From NCBI GenBank assembly GCA_013265495.1, contig MU057724.1, positions 1,069,102 to 1,133,101 on the forward strand: a DNA stretch of 64,000 bases, read 5' to 3'. Every line of letters begins with the position of its first letter. Position 1 is the stretch's first letter. The DNA comes from Vicugna vicugna (Eukaryota). The position numbers were made by a program, and so were the translations under genes. The notes beneath the pieces were generated by a model, which saw only the letters and a program-made list of their open reading frames with translations, was not told the origin of the DNA and did no database searches. Shown in pieces: positions 1-12,607 of the stretch.

Positions 1-282
1 GAAAAAGTGGAACTACTCCATTTCCCAGGGAGCAGGAGTCAATATTTGATTAATCTTTTAATACTGCATTTGTCATATTGCTTATCTGCTGGAAATCCCA
101 GATACCAACCACGGGTTAAAGGATGTAATCGACATGTATTTGCCTGGTATCTAAGGTCACCAGTAATCTGGTTTTATCCTAAATAATCAAGTTTCAGAAT
201 TGTCTATTCCTCTTTTGATAATACTTAATATGAATATCCTTACAAACATTTTATTGGACCCCAGTTTACTCTTTAAATAGGT

Positions 283-615
283 TTCTGACACCAACTCTAA
301 TATGGGGGAGCATTCCCCACACCAGTAAGCAATTCTCAGGACCCCAGCTGGATGGCCTATAATTTCAACTCAGATCTGATACTATTTACCCAGAGACAGC
401 ATCAGACTGCACAGTTTGAACGCTTGGTCCTACAAGTCTGTCCTTTCTCTGCCCTTCAGTTACCTGTCATAACTCAGGATGTTACTTGTGCTTCTGACCA
501 ATGAACGGGCCTCAGATTGGAGGTTCCAGCAGTCTCTCCAACTCAGAATGCCAGTTGCAAGTCCAGGTTATCACCTGTACTTATGACCACCTGGCTATAA
601 ATCAAATGTTCCCAG
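283..615 (-). mobile_element. MER21-like LTR fragment (3' part)
   Basis: Contains 'caagtccaggttatcacctgtacttatgaccacctggctataaatc' and 'cagctggatggcctataatttcaactcagatctgatact', resembling the reverse complement of the MER21 LTR 3' region as recalled; boundaries approximate. Confidence 0.7.
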
Positions 616-2849
616 GTTATGTACCTAATTCCTTCACTATTATTTGGAAGAGAGAAGGTACTCTACAATCTCTTGAATTGGTTTGTTAAAAGTCATAAAA
701 GGGAAAGGATGGACAGTGAGAAGGAAAGATAAACTTTTCAGCAATCACTCTTTTGATTGTGATAAAAAGATAATTACATTCTTTGGTGCTGGAAGTCATA
801 GCTCAAGGAAAAAGAGAGTGGCAAGGATGAAAAATTTTCTTCTGACTGTTAAAATGGCATAAAAATCTTAGCAGTCAGGCACAAGTTCCCCTAAGGATTT
901 GAACTTTGGGAGAAATTAGAGTGTTTTTCCTTCTCAGTCCAAATAACTGCAGCAACTGAACCATCAAACTTGTTGCCAGAGTGCTTACAAAGCGTTGGAA
1001 GGAAGGGTCAAAACAGGCAAGAGAAGTAATAAAATTCACACCCCTGTGTTCACTTCATTAGAAGAAGGAAGAAATGAAGCAGCGTGGCTGCCGCTTTTTT
1101 TAGACTTGCCACCCTATCTGCCTAGGAGACAAACTAGGCTGTCTGAGCTCCAAGAAGTTCTGTTTCACTGGTTGAGAGGTTGAGATGCAAGACTAGTAAC
1201 GCAGCATTTTTGAAGCAAAGGGAAGTCTTCTGTTTGAAACTGCTGTAACCAGAAGGGCACTCAGGTGAAGTTTCAGTAGAGGAACCTCAGCTCTCACTTG
1301 TTGTGAGCCTCTGCCCACTGCCTGGATGTTTATGGCACCCTGGATAGTCTCATGTTTTAGAAGTTAGTGTCATCTTCTGACAGCAATCTTTGTAAGTCTT
1401 AGATGACCAAGATGTCGAGTGAGATGTGTCATCCATCAGCACGCTAGCCTTCATCCCCCGATTTCCCGCGATGGAGGGGGCTTCCCAGTGTAAAACCACC
1501 TGCAGTCCAGGACCGCCTTCTGGCAGGTGATGTCCCCACAGAGTTTCTACTACAAGTAGCTCTTTTTTCCCCCTACTTTGCCGATTTGGGTTTTCCTCTT
1601 GGCTGGTTTCTTCCTTAGGACTCAGTGCACCAGAAGTCTCCCGGGAAACCTTTTTGACTCTTTGAAGGAGCGCTGGGCTTTCCGTGACGTTTCCTCTTGA
1701 AAATACAGCTCCTGGAACAGAGCTGGTGTTATTTGTTGAGTAAATGAGCCAAATGGCTCTGGCCTGTCCTCTTGCTGCCCAGGAACAGTTTTCCACTAAC
1801 ACCCCCACCTCTATGGCCTCCCTCTATTCTGTTCTCAAACTTCCCTTGTCATCTCCTCTTTGAGATGAAGCCCTTTACTTGTCCACTTTCCTGGTCTGTG
1901 ACCATTCTTTTCCTATTTTCCGTATGTGTAAGTTTGGACTCACATAATCTTGTTTCCCTAAGTCCATTTTCCTAGAGGTGGCACATGAAAAAAAAAATGA
2001 AACTTTCAGAAAGATACAAGTCAAATATTTTGGGAGTTGTCAGAATTCCCACATTCCTGGCATAAAAATGAGTGCTACCTCTCCAAGAAAAATCCTGGTA
2101 TGTCCTCTTGTGTTGAGCTCAGTTAAACCTTAAGAGCCATTTGTTGATTGGGATTCCAAAATCCAGGCAAAGGAAGTCACTTTTGGCTTCTGCCCAGTGT
2201 CACAGGTCTTCATGGGCCACTGTCCAGTGCATACAGTCTGCAGAGCTTCTAAGCAGGCCCCTTTGAGGGTCAGTGAAGTAAGAGGACGTCCCTGCCTAGA
2301 CTAGAAGTGTTAGCCCGAGAGACGGAGCTCCTCTGAGAAAGGCCTGGGTAAATTGTGTCCAAGCATGACCTGCCCCCGCCATTGTCAAACTAAAGGTCAA
2401 GTTGATGACGGCCAGGTTGGGGCTTACCTCAGAGGTCTCGGGAGGAAAAGGCACGGGAAAAGGTAGCTCAGAAAGAATTATCATCACAACATTTAGAAAA
2501 TTCCGTCTCTGTTCTTAGCTTCCTCCTCACGACAGTCCACTCAGTACGGCATACGGTGAATGTAAAAGGTGCAGTGATACGAGTGACGATGAATTACACT
2601 TCATACGTGTGAACGTGCGAAATACAGATTAAACGTGCCCTATTTCCTGGGCGTGCTTTCACACACGTAATCTCTTTCCAACACTCAAAAAAGACTGCTC
2701 AGTAGAGAAGCACCGTTACATTGACGGGGAAGGGAGAACTTTGCTCTCTTTGCAGTTTCACCCAGTCTTTTTAGTTGGTTTAGTGTGCCGTGCTCGGTGT
2801 CCTTCTCGACTCTAGGCACCCTCTTTCCTCAGCTGGAGAAAGCGGACTC

Positions 2850-3112
2850 TCACTGGGGTCAGGCTTACTCACTAGGTTCCATTCTAGGCTGACTCTTCCC
2901 CAGGGGCCTCCACAGTGTGGGAGGAGTTGTTCTCGAAAACAGGTCCCGTCGTCACCCTTACATTCCATCAGCACGTCTCCTGGTCCGTCTCCTCCCTGGA
3001 CTAGGAATTCTCTGGACGAGGGGAGTAGCTCGTTTGTTAAGGGACCTGAGCTCCTCGTACTGTGCCTGGTCCTCCGTAGTCAGATGGTAACAGCTGTAGA
3101 ATGAATGAATGG
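2850..3112 (+). mobile_element. L2 LINE 3' end remnant
   Basis: Ends 'tgtgcctggtcctccgtagtcagatggtaacagctgtagaatgaatgaatgg', the typical L2 terminus with (TGAA)n tail. Confidence 0.5.
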
Positions 3113-3660
3113 ACTAGCTGATTAGTATTATGTCTTTTCTTCAGCCAGAGCAAGCATTTTCTACAAGTTTAGAAGAACTTGTTCCCATTTCCTCAAAAGT
3201 ATTGTGTCGTCTTTTGTTTTGCCTAAAATTGTGTTCTAACGATAGGTATTGTTCACTAGCAGACAGACTCTTCTGGGACCACGCACTTATGAAATGTACA
3301 AGAAGTTACGTAGGAATAGAAGTTAAGATTATATAACCTGCAGTTCTGAGACGGGAACACCTATGTACAGTTCAGCTGTACAGGCTTATCTGTTGCTGGT
3401 ACTTACAGCTTCCTCTAAGCAGTAGACAGACACCTGTTTCCTGCCCAGCTTTTCAGCATCGGGTGGTCCCGACCCCTCTTGTAATTAAGATCACGTTTCG
3501 ACTGAGTTGCACAGCCAGCACATTTATTTTCTAAGTTTAGGAAATCACCATGCTGTGTGTATTTCCAAACTTTAATTAGTTTTGTTAAACTACAGAGAGT
3601 TTAAAAGTTATTATTTTAATAAATGGTATGTCTAAGGTTTTTGATAAGTGAATAATAAAC

Positions 3661-3810
3661 CAGTGCTTCTCAAACTTTATTTCACATGAATCATCCTGGG
3701 ACTTTGTTACGTGGAGATTCACATGCAGAAGGTCTGGGGTGAGGCCTGAGACCCTGCATTTCCCAGCTTTCTGTGTTGGCCTGCATGACAGCCCCTGGAC
3801 CAGTACCCCA
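3661..3810. mobile_element. MER5A-like hAT-Charlie MITE
   Basis: Starts 'cagtgcttctcaaacttt'; contains 'ggtctggggtgaggcctgagaccctgcatttc'. Confidence 0.65.
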
Positions 3811-6619
3811 AACAGGGATTCCTACCTGTTTCCCTCAAGCTCCATAACACTCAAAATGGAGTTAATAGTAAGTGTGCAATTAGAATGTCAATGCTTCTTA
3901 CTGTTTCTGTTAATGTGAATTAAATTTATTCTGTCCTCCCAATACCCATTGTATGTCTTAAAAGAGCCTATGTAACATGGATTTTGAAGCTAGATTTCCA
4001 GGACTTGACTTCTGGGTCACCCTTTAGTGTCTGGTTCTTTAATTATCTTATCATCACTAATATTGGGCTATGTCCTAAGCCTAAGATCCCTCGTCTGGGA
4101 GTTGTTTTGAGGAAAATGTGTAAATTCACACAGAATGGCAACATGGGGTATAGTCATCATGATAGTAAATCTTTCTTTAGAAATTGATAAAAGTATTACC
4201 AAATTTAGGGATGAAAGGGTTTTATGGTCATCTACCTCAAACCTTTGTCTGATGTTTGAACCTGTCTGCTACATGGTGACCATCCTGACCTAGGGCTGTG
4301 AGCCCCCAATGCTTGTCCTCACCATGACCCTGAAACCCTACACTGGAGCCTCCTCGCACCAACTTGGAGCCCCCTCGGCCTCACTCTCTCATGTGGATTC
4401 ATCCACAAATGGCCTGTGCATCCTTCCACCTGCAGGGCTTTCTGGGTCTGATTCTATTTATAGCTGCTTTTTCCAGATCAATATTTCAGTCTTACCAGGA
4501 AGAATTATTGCGTATTTATTTAATGGGGCATTATCTCAGTTATAGGTTTACCAATCTCTATTAATTTTCTTCATTTCCAGCCTACTGCTTGATTCTTGGT
4601 TTTTTAAGTTCTATTTTTTCTTTTTTACTAAGTTCCTGAAGAAAATAGACACTAAATTTAAGACTATCTAATCAGCAGATTTTGTTAGAGATCTGGCAGG
4701 AGACACTGGAATGACTGCATATTAATTCTAGTTACTTTCTGTGATTATTTATATATTCCAGTACTTTATTTCCTTCCATTTCCTCTCTTAACATTTGGCT
4801 GTAATGATAAAGAAAAAAATAATTGGCTTAAATGTGGCAACTTTATGAGTGCCGCCTACAGTTTTAATATCTCCTTCTGTTCAGCGTTCTGATAGTGTGG
4901 ATGGAGGCTGTGTTTCAGTTAAAAACTTTGCTCCTGACCTACAAGACCTCACTGCTGAGAAAATCCCATGGGTAAGAAGGTGGGTGGGGAGGGTAGGTGC
5001 AACTCAGGGGACGTGGCTGCAGCTTGTGGGTGGGCTCCACCCAAAGGGCAGTGAAGACAGTGCCAGTCACACAGGTGACACCCTGTTATGACAGCAAGTG
5101 ACACCCTGACTCCATGGAGACTGCGTAGCCAACACCGAGCAGGCGAGAGCGTCTTAGACTCACTTGGGTTATTCGGTGGTTGTCTCCTGGCTGGCCCGTC
5201 GGCCGACCCTGAGCCTTGAGGCTGCACGCAGCCCTTCACCTGTGGGGCCTGGGCTCCAGCGGGACTGGAGGGGGCTCTGGGCTTCCACCAGAAAGTCTCA
5301 GTGCTTCTTGTCGTTGCTCAGAAGGGCTGCAAGATTTCCCTGCCTTCATCCAAGTATCCACCTGGGTGTGACCATTGTACCTGCTAAGTAACTCCTGGAG
5401 TAAAACTCAGTTTAATTACCAGGCCAGGTCCTTATCTAACACGGGCGTCGGCACCGGCAAGGCCGTCTCACGGGGGTTATTTTCAGATCTCTTTTACCCA
5501 GATCTAATCTGAATGAGCGTATCATCACTCGTCTAATCTTTCCTCATAATTTCTTCAATTAGTTACTTACTTTTTGTCTTTTGAGTACATTCCTTGTTAC
5601 TCTTATTAACTCTTGTTATTGGATTCCCCTGAATGCTTTAATAGCTGTGAATTCTCTAGTTTCTATGCTTTTGTTTTATGACAAATAGGTCATATTTATG
5701 TCATATCTTTTCTGGTAATACGGGTGGCATATACTTAAATCCTAGACCCATAAGTCATGATTCAGAAGACATCAATGTTGCTTTTTGTTAACTGAAAGGT
5801 AAGCAGCAGGGATGGAGGTGGCTTTGCCTTCCTTGGCATCTTGCAAAGCAAAGCCATCTCCGCGCCAGTGGACAGAGCCACAGAGTACGTGAGGACCGGA
5901 TGTCTGTGTGCCCCTGAGGAAGACACCCTGGGGGCAGCTCATGCTGAGTTTCTGAAATGAGACTAAGATGAGTCATTCTGAGTCAAAGACCTGTAAATAG
6001 ATAAGTGGAAAGGAAGGCTCAGAGCAGGAGGTGTGCAGGTAGGGTGCTGCCTCAGCCCAGGAACTGCCATGCTCGTTGCGGGGGTGGGGGGCGGGGGGCA
6101 GCTGGCTGTGCACGCTTACATCTTGGCCTTACCTGGACTGGGAGCTCACGTGCCTTTCAGTTCAGGTGGAATAGACCTTTGCACTCAGCATGAAAGCCCA
6201 TCACGTTCAGCTCCACGTATTTGGTTTTGTTAGAATGTAGAGTATTTGTCACGTATCATTAGAAATAAGGGGGGCACACCTTGTTTTCACTATGAGACTT
6301 ATCAGAACACTTTTCTGTCCCATTGTTGGACACTCATTGTCTTACTGGGCACCTATGATTAGTCTAGGTAATCACACTAGAGGTCTAAGTTTGTTAATGG
6401 TCACTGGGAATCCACTTACTTACAAAATTTTAAATTTATCCAAGAAGAGGAACTTATGACTAAGTTAATCCAGGGATTAATAAGTATTTATAAGGAAGCA
6501 ATCAGGCAAATTTAGACTGTGAGCAATGCTGCTTCCTGGGCTAATAAACAGCATGGGAGAGAAAGCAGAGACAGTTACAGATGAAATAAACTCAAGAGAA
6601 AAAGCAAATGAATGCAAAT

Positions 6620-7030
6620 ATGGACCTTGTTTAGCCACTGATTTAAACAAAACAATGACCAAAAACAAGACTTTTAGGGAAAACTTCAAAATGAATTGAG
6701 TATTAGATGGTATTTAGCAGTTGTTACCAATGTTATTAGGGGTTTTCATGATATTTTTGTTGTTTAAAATTTCCTTTTCTGTTAAACATGTTGACAGTTG
6801 AAAGAAAATGGTATTAAAGAATTGCTTTGCTTAAAATTCAGCAAAAAAATAAAGGGGTGGAGGATGATAGAACAGTGTTGATGCCTTTGGACTTGGATGG
6901 TGGGTATTGGCTGGGTCATTCCATTATTCTAATTGTATGTAGCTTTTTAAAATTTATTCATTTTATTATATATGCTTTATTTTGAAAAGTTATTATAAAA
7001 TTATATTATTATAAAATTTTCATAGTAAAA
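6620..7030 (+). mobile_element. Ancient L1 (L1ME-like) 3' UTR remnant
   Basis: 'gagtattagatggtatttag', 'ggatggtgggtattgg...cattccattattct' and terminal 'aaaattttcatagtaaaa' resemble L1ME 3' ends. Confidence 0.5.
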
Positions 7031-7829
7031 CATACATAAGAAATTAACAAAAAACATTGCTAAAGGATTTAAACGTTATATTATAAGATTAATGTTAAGC
7101 TGTGACCTTCAAAACTCAAGGTTTCTGGTGAGGGTAAATAAATCAGAAAGTCATTGCGAAGCTCAGAGATAAGAGGCAGAAGTGAGAACCGTAGTCATTG
7201 TGAAAAATAGACATTGGTTTGGGTTTAAAAGGGACGAGCTCAGTAGAAGGTTTAAGGTCAAGGTGTGTTTTTTCCCTTTCAAACCATCATTATTGTATTA
7301 ATGCAATTTAAAACATTAATACTCCTTTTATAAGTTACAACTTCTTTTATTCCAGCAGCAGGGAAGTTAAGGGACTACTTACAGAGCCACATTTTTGTTC
7401 CAAATGAAAAGCAGTAGCCCCTCACTCTGACTCATGCCTGCCTGCTACAGAATTCATTCCTGGATTTAGTACTTGAAAAGCTTTCTTTGCTAAACAATGG
7501 GAGCTGATTTTCCCTTCTAATGAGTTTGGCCAAGTACAAAGACAAAAATATCAGTCACCATTCTCTCCTGCAAGAGGGGCTTCTGCCCCCAGCAGAGGTG
7601 GCTGTCAGCTTCAGAGCCGCATGGGACCCTGCCTCATCGCTGTCATACTTCTGAATATCTCTGCATTGTCTTGTATTTTCAGTCTTTTCTCTTCTTCTAG
7701 TTCTTTGTCATTAGCATCTGTACATGAGATAATATCTCTAATCCTCAATTTTCTTTGTCCTTGGTACATAACAATGAAGTATAATATTACACTGACCTCT
7801 CTCTGGGATCCATTCCCATTTCTCCAAGC

Positions 7830-8770
7830 TCAGGTGGCCCCTCCAGCACCCATCTCCCCCTGGTTCTCTCTCCCCTGGGTGACCGTGAATGTGTCACCAG
7901 TCTTACTCCTTCCCAACTACGCTTCACGTGGCTTGTTGAAAGAACTTTCAAAAATAAATGAAGGCCACAACTCTATTGACTTATAAACCTTCAGTTATGC
8001 CCGTTTTCCACTTGTTAAAGTTCAAACGCTCATGATGGTTCATGTGTCCTCTGAAAATTCAAGCTCTAAGCCTAATACCTCAGAGGTGACCGTTTAGAGA
8101 TAGGGGCTTTTTAGAGGTAATTAACTCAAAATGAGGTCATCAGGAGGGGCCCTAATCCAATATGTGTGTTGTCTCTGTAAGAAGAAGAACTGGGACAGAC
8201 ACACACACCACTGTGGACAGAGGGCAGTAGGAGGGCACAGCGAGAAGAAGGTCATCTGAAGGGCAGAGCAAGATCTTAGAAGAAACCCACCTTGCTGATG
8301 CCTTGATCGTGGACTTCCAGCCCCCAGAACTGTGAGAAATAAACATCTGTTGTTTGTGTCCCCCAGTCTGTGGCTCATTGTTATGGCAAGACCCTGGTAA
8401 GCTAATACTTAGGATTTCCCCTGTTTTGACCAGTCGCCCTTCCCAGACCTCCTCTTGCTGGTGTCTCTTGTGCCCTCCACGCTGCAGCTGGGCCTGAGCG
8501 CCCCTCAGGCTCCATGTTCTTCCTCGTCCTTGCCCTTCGCCCAGGCCCTTGGCGCTCATCCCTCCTCTACCATCACTGTGTCCATCCTCCAGCCTTCTGC
8601 TTAAATCCCACTTCATTAGGAAAGTCGTCCCTGTTTCTAGACAAGTTTAGATCTTTCTGGTTTTTGTTACTACAGCATGATAAATACCTTCTATCGCCGT
8701 GTCGATCGTATGTTTTTTGGTCATTTAATTAATAGAAGTTTTCCCTGGACTAGATTGAAAGCTCAATGAT
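7830..8770 (+). mobile_element. L2 remnant split by the MLT1B insertion
   Basis: L2-like pyrimidine-rich segments ('aaaccttcagttatgccc...aaagttcaaacgctc', 'ctagattgaaagctcaatg') flank the MLT1B on both sides. Confidence 0.45.
8033..8408 (+). mobile_element. MLT1B-like MaLR solo LTR
   Basis: 'aaaatgaggtcatcaggaggggccctaatccaatatg', 'ggacttccagcccccagaactgtgagaaataaacatctgttg' and end 'gctaatac' are MLT1 hallmarks. Confidence 0.85.
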
Positions 8771-9477
8771 GTCATTCCTAGATAGTTCAGGATTTCAATA
8801 CTGAGATTAATGTTGGAAGACTGTATGTAAGAGATTTATGTTTATCAAAATTACAAGAAGCTATTTGAAGCTTTCTTGGAAAAAAAATTCCAAAACTTAG
8901 TAAGTGCTTGAACTAAACAGATGCATTTTATATTTTTAAAGAAAGCAATAAAAATTCTAGAACTTCATAATAGTTCTTCTCTGAAAGAGGCCCCTCTGGC
9001 ATCAGTCCCTAACTCCTTGTGATAAAATATAATTTCCCTGATATGTGACATTTTATCCCTTATCTGAAGACCCATGTAATTTCAACTAATAACTAGGCTT
9101 TAGAGAATAAAGAATCATATTAAAGCTTCATTATTTATGGAACTGATGAAAATAATTTAATTTCTTACTCATTTTTGTGAGGGTCATGCATATTCTAAAA
9201 GAACCAAACGTGAATACAGCAGAATTAAGAAATTGGAAACTTGCATTACCTCTGCTGTTAGGAATGTGTCTGTTTTCATTTCAAACCCCAATTATAGTAT
9301 TTTAGAGATAAACTAAAACAAGTGTTTTATAGAAATGAATTAGATAATATATGCTTATTTTAAAAACCAAAGATTATTGGCTTTATTTTCATTCATTTTC
9401 CTTTCTTTCTTCTCTTCCATTCTATTATTTTCCTCCCTCCTACCCTAAAAGAATGAAGATAGCACAATTTTTTTGCA

Positions 9478-9650
9478 CTTTTTCAAATGTTAATATGCAA
9501 AATAATCATTCAGAAAGAGCTTGTTAAAACCTACATTTTGCATTATCAGCAGATGCTATATTAGCAAGTATGGAGTGAAGCCAGGAGTCTTAATTTTTAT
9601 AAGCATTGAGAATGATCTTGACAGATAGTGTCCACTTACAGAGACTCCAG
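9478..9650. mobile_element. Degenerate MER5-like MITE
   Basis: 'ttttcaaatgttaatatgcaaaataatca...agcttgttaaaa...ggagtgaagccaggagtcttaatttttataagc' pattern. Confidence 0.4.
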
Positions 9651-10840
9651 AGGCTTCTGAAATTATATCTTGTGTAGCAGGAAGTTAAACTAGAATTTTT
9701 GATTAAGGCATAAATGTGTAATATAAATGACATACCAACATTGCCAAGATAAAAATTTTAAGAAGAAATAACTGAAAACTATTCCTGGTACCTTACTCAC
9801 ATTGATCTTGTAAAAGATCAATAAAATAATTTGTGCAGGGGATGTCTTTGGGCAGAACTACTGAAGTGAACTGTGGGTTCCTTTGCCCTCAGGCTAGTGT
9901 GAGTGGTCTCAACAGAATGACTTCTAAGTTGACCACGTGCCCTGGCAACTAAAGGAATATAGTGGACAGGTGTCTGTCTCATGCCCAGATAGTCTAGAAG
10001 ATGGGACAGTGGTGGTTCCTCTTCCAGCGGCATATTTAAGGTGGTTTGGGAGCAACTTGTAATCCCAGTTTGTCAGGGAGTACTTCTCATAGACTGATAA
10101 GACTACAACCTGGGGACACTGCACACACCCCAAAAACAGCAACATGGTTTGAGGGGCAAGCTGGCATCCTGAGAGAGGTGCACTGCCCATGTCCTAGTAA
10201 GTCTAGACAGGTGCTGCCAGTGAGGGTCTTTGAAGAACCACCAGGGAATTAATGAGCATTTAACATCTCCAGGTCTAGAGAAAGATGAATCATCTTATGA
10301 TAACACCAGTCACAAAAGAACTCTTCTGTCATTCTAATATCTGCCTCCATACTGCTACCCACTGGGAAAAGATTTTAAAAAATCATAATTTACAATCTAA
10401 GGGCAGGTGAAAGAAGAGAAGGACCTTCTCTCCTTCTGTCCTGCAGAGGTCAGTTCACAATTAGGAGAAAAATAATATGCACATTTAAATCAAGTTCATT
10501 GCTTGGGACATAACGTGGAGTCAGACGTATCTAATCATGAAGTTGAGTATGCATTATGTTAAGTAGATTAACTGAGATGATGTTTACAAAGCACTTGCAA
10601 TGGTGTCTAAAGTATAGGAGACACTATATTGATTAATATACAGATATGATACATATATGGAATGATAGTCTGGGAGCAAGTTTGTGTGCTGTAATGATCA
10701 AATTATCGAAGTATCTTGCCTCACAAAATGACTGTCATATAGTAGGATAAATACTGGGTAATTGCCAAGCTTCTGAGCTTCCATCAGGTGCTAAGTCCTG
10801 TAGGCATGTGGCTCTGTTAGGACAAGAGTGCTGAAGGGAG

Positions 10841-11368
10841 GTAGTGCTGCACAGTGGAAGGGTCCCACAGGCAGTCAGGGTATTTGGGCTCTGATTCTAG
10901 CTCTGCTGGAAACAGTTTTCAGGACCTTGGACAGGTGACCAAAGCTTGAAAACTTCCTTTTTGTGTAAAGAAGAATTCAGCTGCATCAGAGGTTAGCAAA
11001 CTGTTCTGGGATGCACTAGAGAGTAACGAGGGTAGAGGTTTTGAGGGACTGTGTGGTGTCTGTTGCAATGGCCCAGCCCTGTCATTTTAGAAAGGAAGCA
11101 GCTATAGACAATACGTCAAGTGACCCTGTACCTGTGATCCAAGGAAACTGTTTATCGACTCTGAAATATGAATTTTATGTAACTTTCACTTTTCATAAAA
11201 TATTATTCTCTTTTAAACCTAAAAAAATCTTTCAAGTATAAAAATCTTTCTTAGCTCACGGACCATAGAAAATAGGTGGCAGACTAGATTTGGTGCTGGG
11301 GCTGGATTTTTCAGAACCGTAAATTAGAGTATTTCCAAGGGCCTCCTATCCTCAAATCCTCGATTCTG
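10841..11368 (+). mobile_element. MIR3-like SINE interrupted by MER58B
   Basis: 5' part 'tgggctctgattctagctctgc...gaccttggacaggtgac' precedes the MITE; MIR3-type tail 'tagagtatttccaagggcctcctatcctcaaatcctcgattctg' follows it. Confidence 0.5.
10987..11320 (+). mobile_element. MER58B-like hAT-Charlie MITE
   Basis: Begins 'cagaggttagcaaact' (degenerate TIR); contains 'aagcagctatagacaatacgt', 'gaaatatgaattttatgtaactttcac', 'ttcttagctcacggaccata'; ~335 bp. Confidence 0.8.
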
Positions 11369-12563
11369 TTAGTATGACTGCTGTTCTCTTTGATCTGCTT
11401 TCTTGTTCCTCTGCCCACATCCCTATTTCTGCCTCTCTACCTGGTATTCTTCCCAAAAATTACCTACAGCTGCAGGTTCATGAGTTTTGAAGGGCAATTG
11501 CAAACAAAGATATTACATCCTTTCTCTGGTATTTAACTTCTATTTATCAAATGGAATTTACCTGATTTAAAAATGTTCTTCTGAAATTTATAACCATATA
11601 GGCCAACATAGTTCTAAAGTGAATATAAATACTACCAAGACTTGAACCAAGAATAATCATTCATTAAACTGAATTCAGTTACGTAAATCAAAAAGTAAAA
11701 TCCTATTCCCACACAGAAAGTAAAGATAAGTAATTGCAGCATTTCCATGATATTTGCAGATGTGTGTTATTTAAACAAATAAGTAATAGTTCAATTTTGC
11801 ATTTTTTCCACTTTTCCACATACCGAGTACTTTCAGTGTGTTACAGTTTATCCTGCTTCTACTTTTACCTAGTGGAAGTTGCTGCTGCTTCATTGTCAAA
11901 TTATTAGCTTATTGTAATGATTTGAAGATTACTCTTCCATGTTAATTTTGTTCTAGTTAGACTTTACTGTTACCCCCAAATTTAAAGTGTCATTATGTTA
12001 TGAGGATAAGTGACTTTTCTTGAATGTCCTAAATTCCAGGTTTTTACTTACATTTTAGTTTTGAGGAATGTTAGATGTTGCTAAAATATATGATAAAAGG
12101 CTAAAAATGACATAATTTTTAGTTCAGGGTAAAGCCTAAATACTATCATTTATCTGTATGCAGCACCACTTTAAAATTATGAGTTTCAAAATTAAAAAAA
12201 ATTGATTTTATGTACAATGTGAGGGATAAAGGCTGGACCTTAGGAAAGATTCAAAATTAAAAGATACTAGGTAATCATAAAAAGCTGTTGTAGTCACATG
12301 ATCAGAAGAGTTAGTATGTTTCTTGTGGCAAACTTATGGGAGAAGTAATTCCTTTAATGTTGGCGTTCACGGGTGAGGACACTACAGATACATTCTTTTA
12401 CTTACCAGAGAGAATAATTTCCCTAAACAAACAGCTAAGAAGCTTCATGCACATTCTTTAACTTCTCTGAATTTTAGATTATCTTTCTCAAGACTGACAG
12501 GTTAAAAAAGATCCAAAAGTATTGGGATTGAGAAAAATTTGAAGCCTTGAAGATAATTATATC

Positions 12564-12607
12564 GAGAGAGAGAGAGAGAGCGAGAGAGAGAGAGAGAGAG
12601 AGAGAGA
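12564..12607. repeat. (GA)n microsatellite with one interruption
   Basis: Directly visible. Confidence 0.95.

Noticed and set aside
1350..1808. 152-aa minus-strand ORF as a protein-coding gene
   Set aside because: Non-ATG start, no recognisable domain, and no phase-compatible upstream exon identified for this frame.
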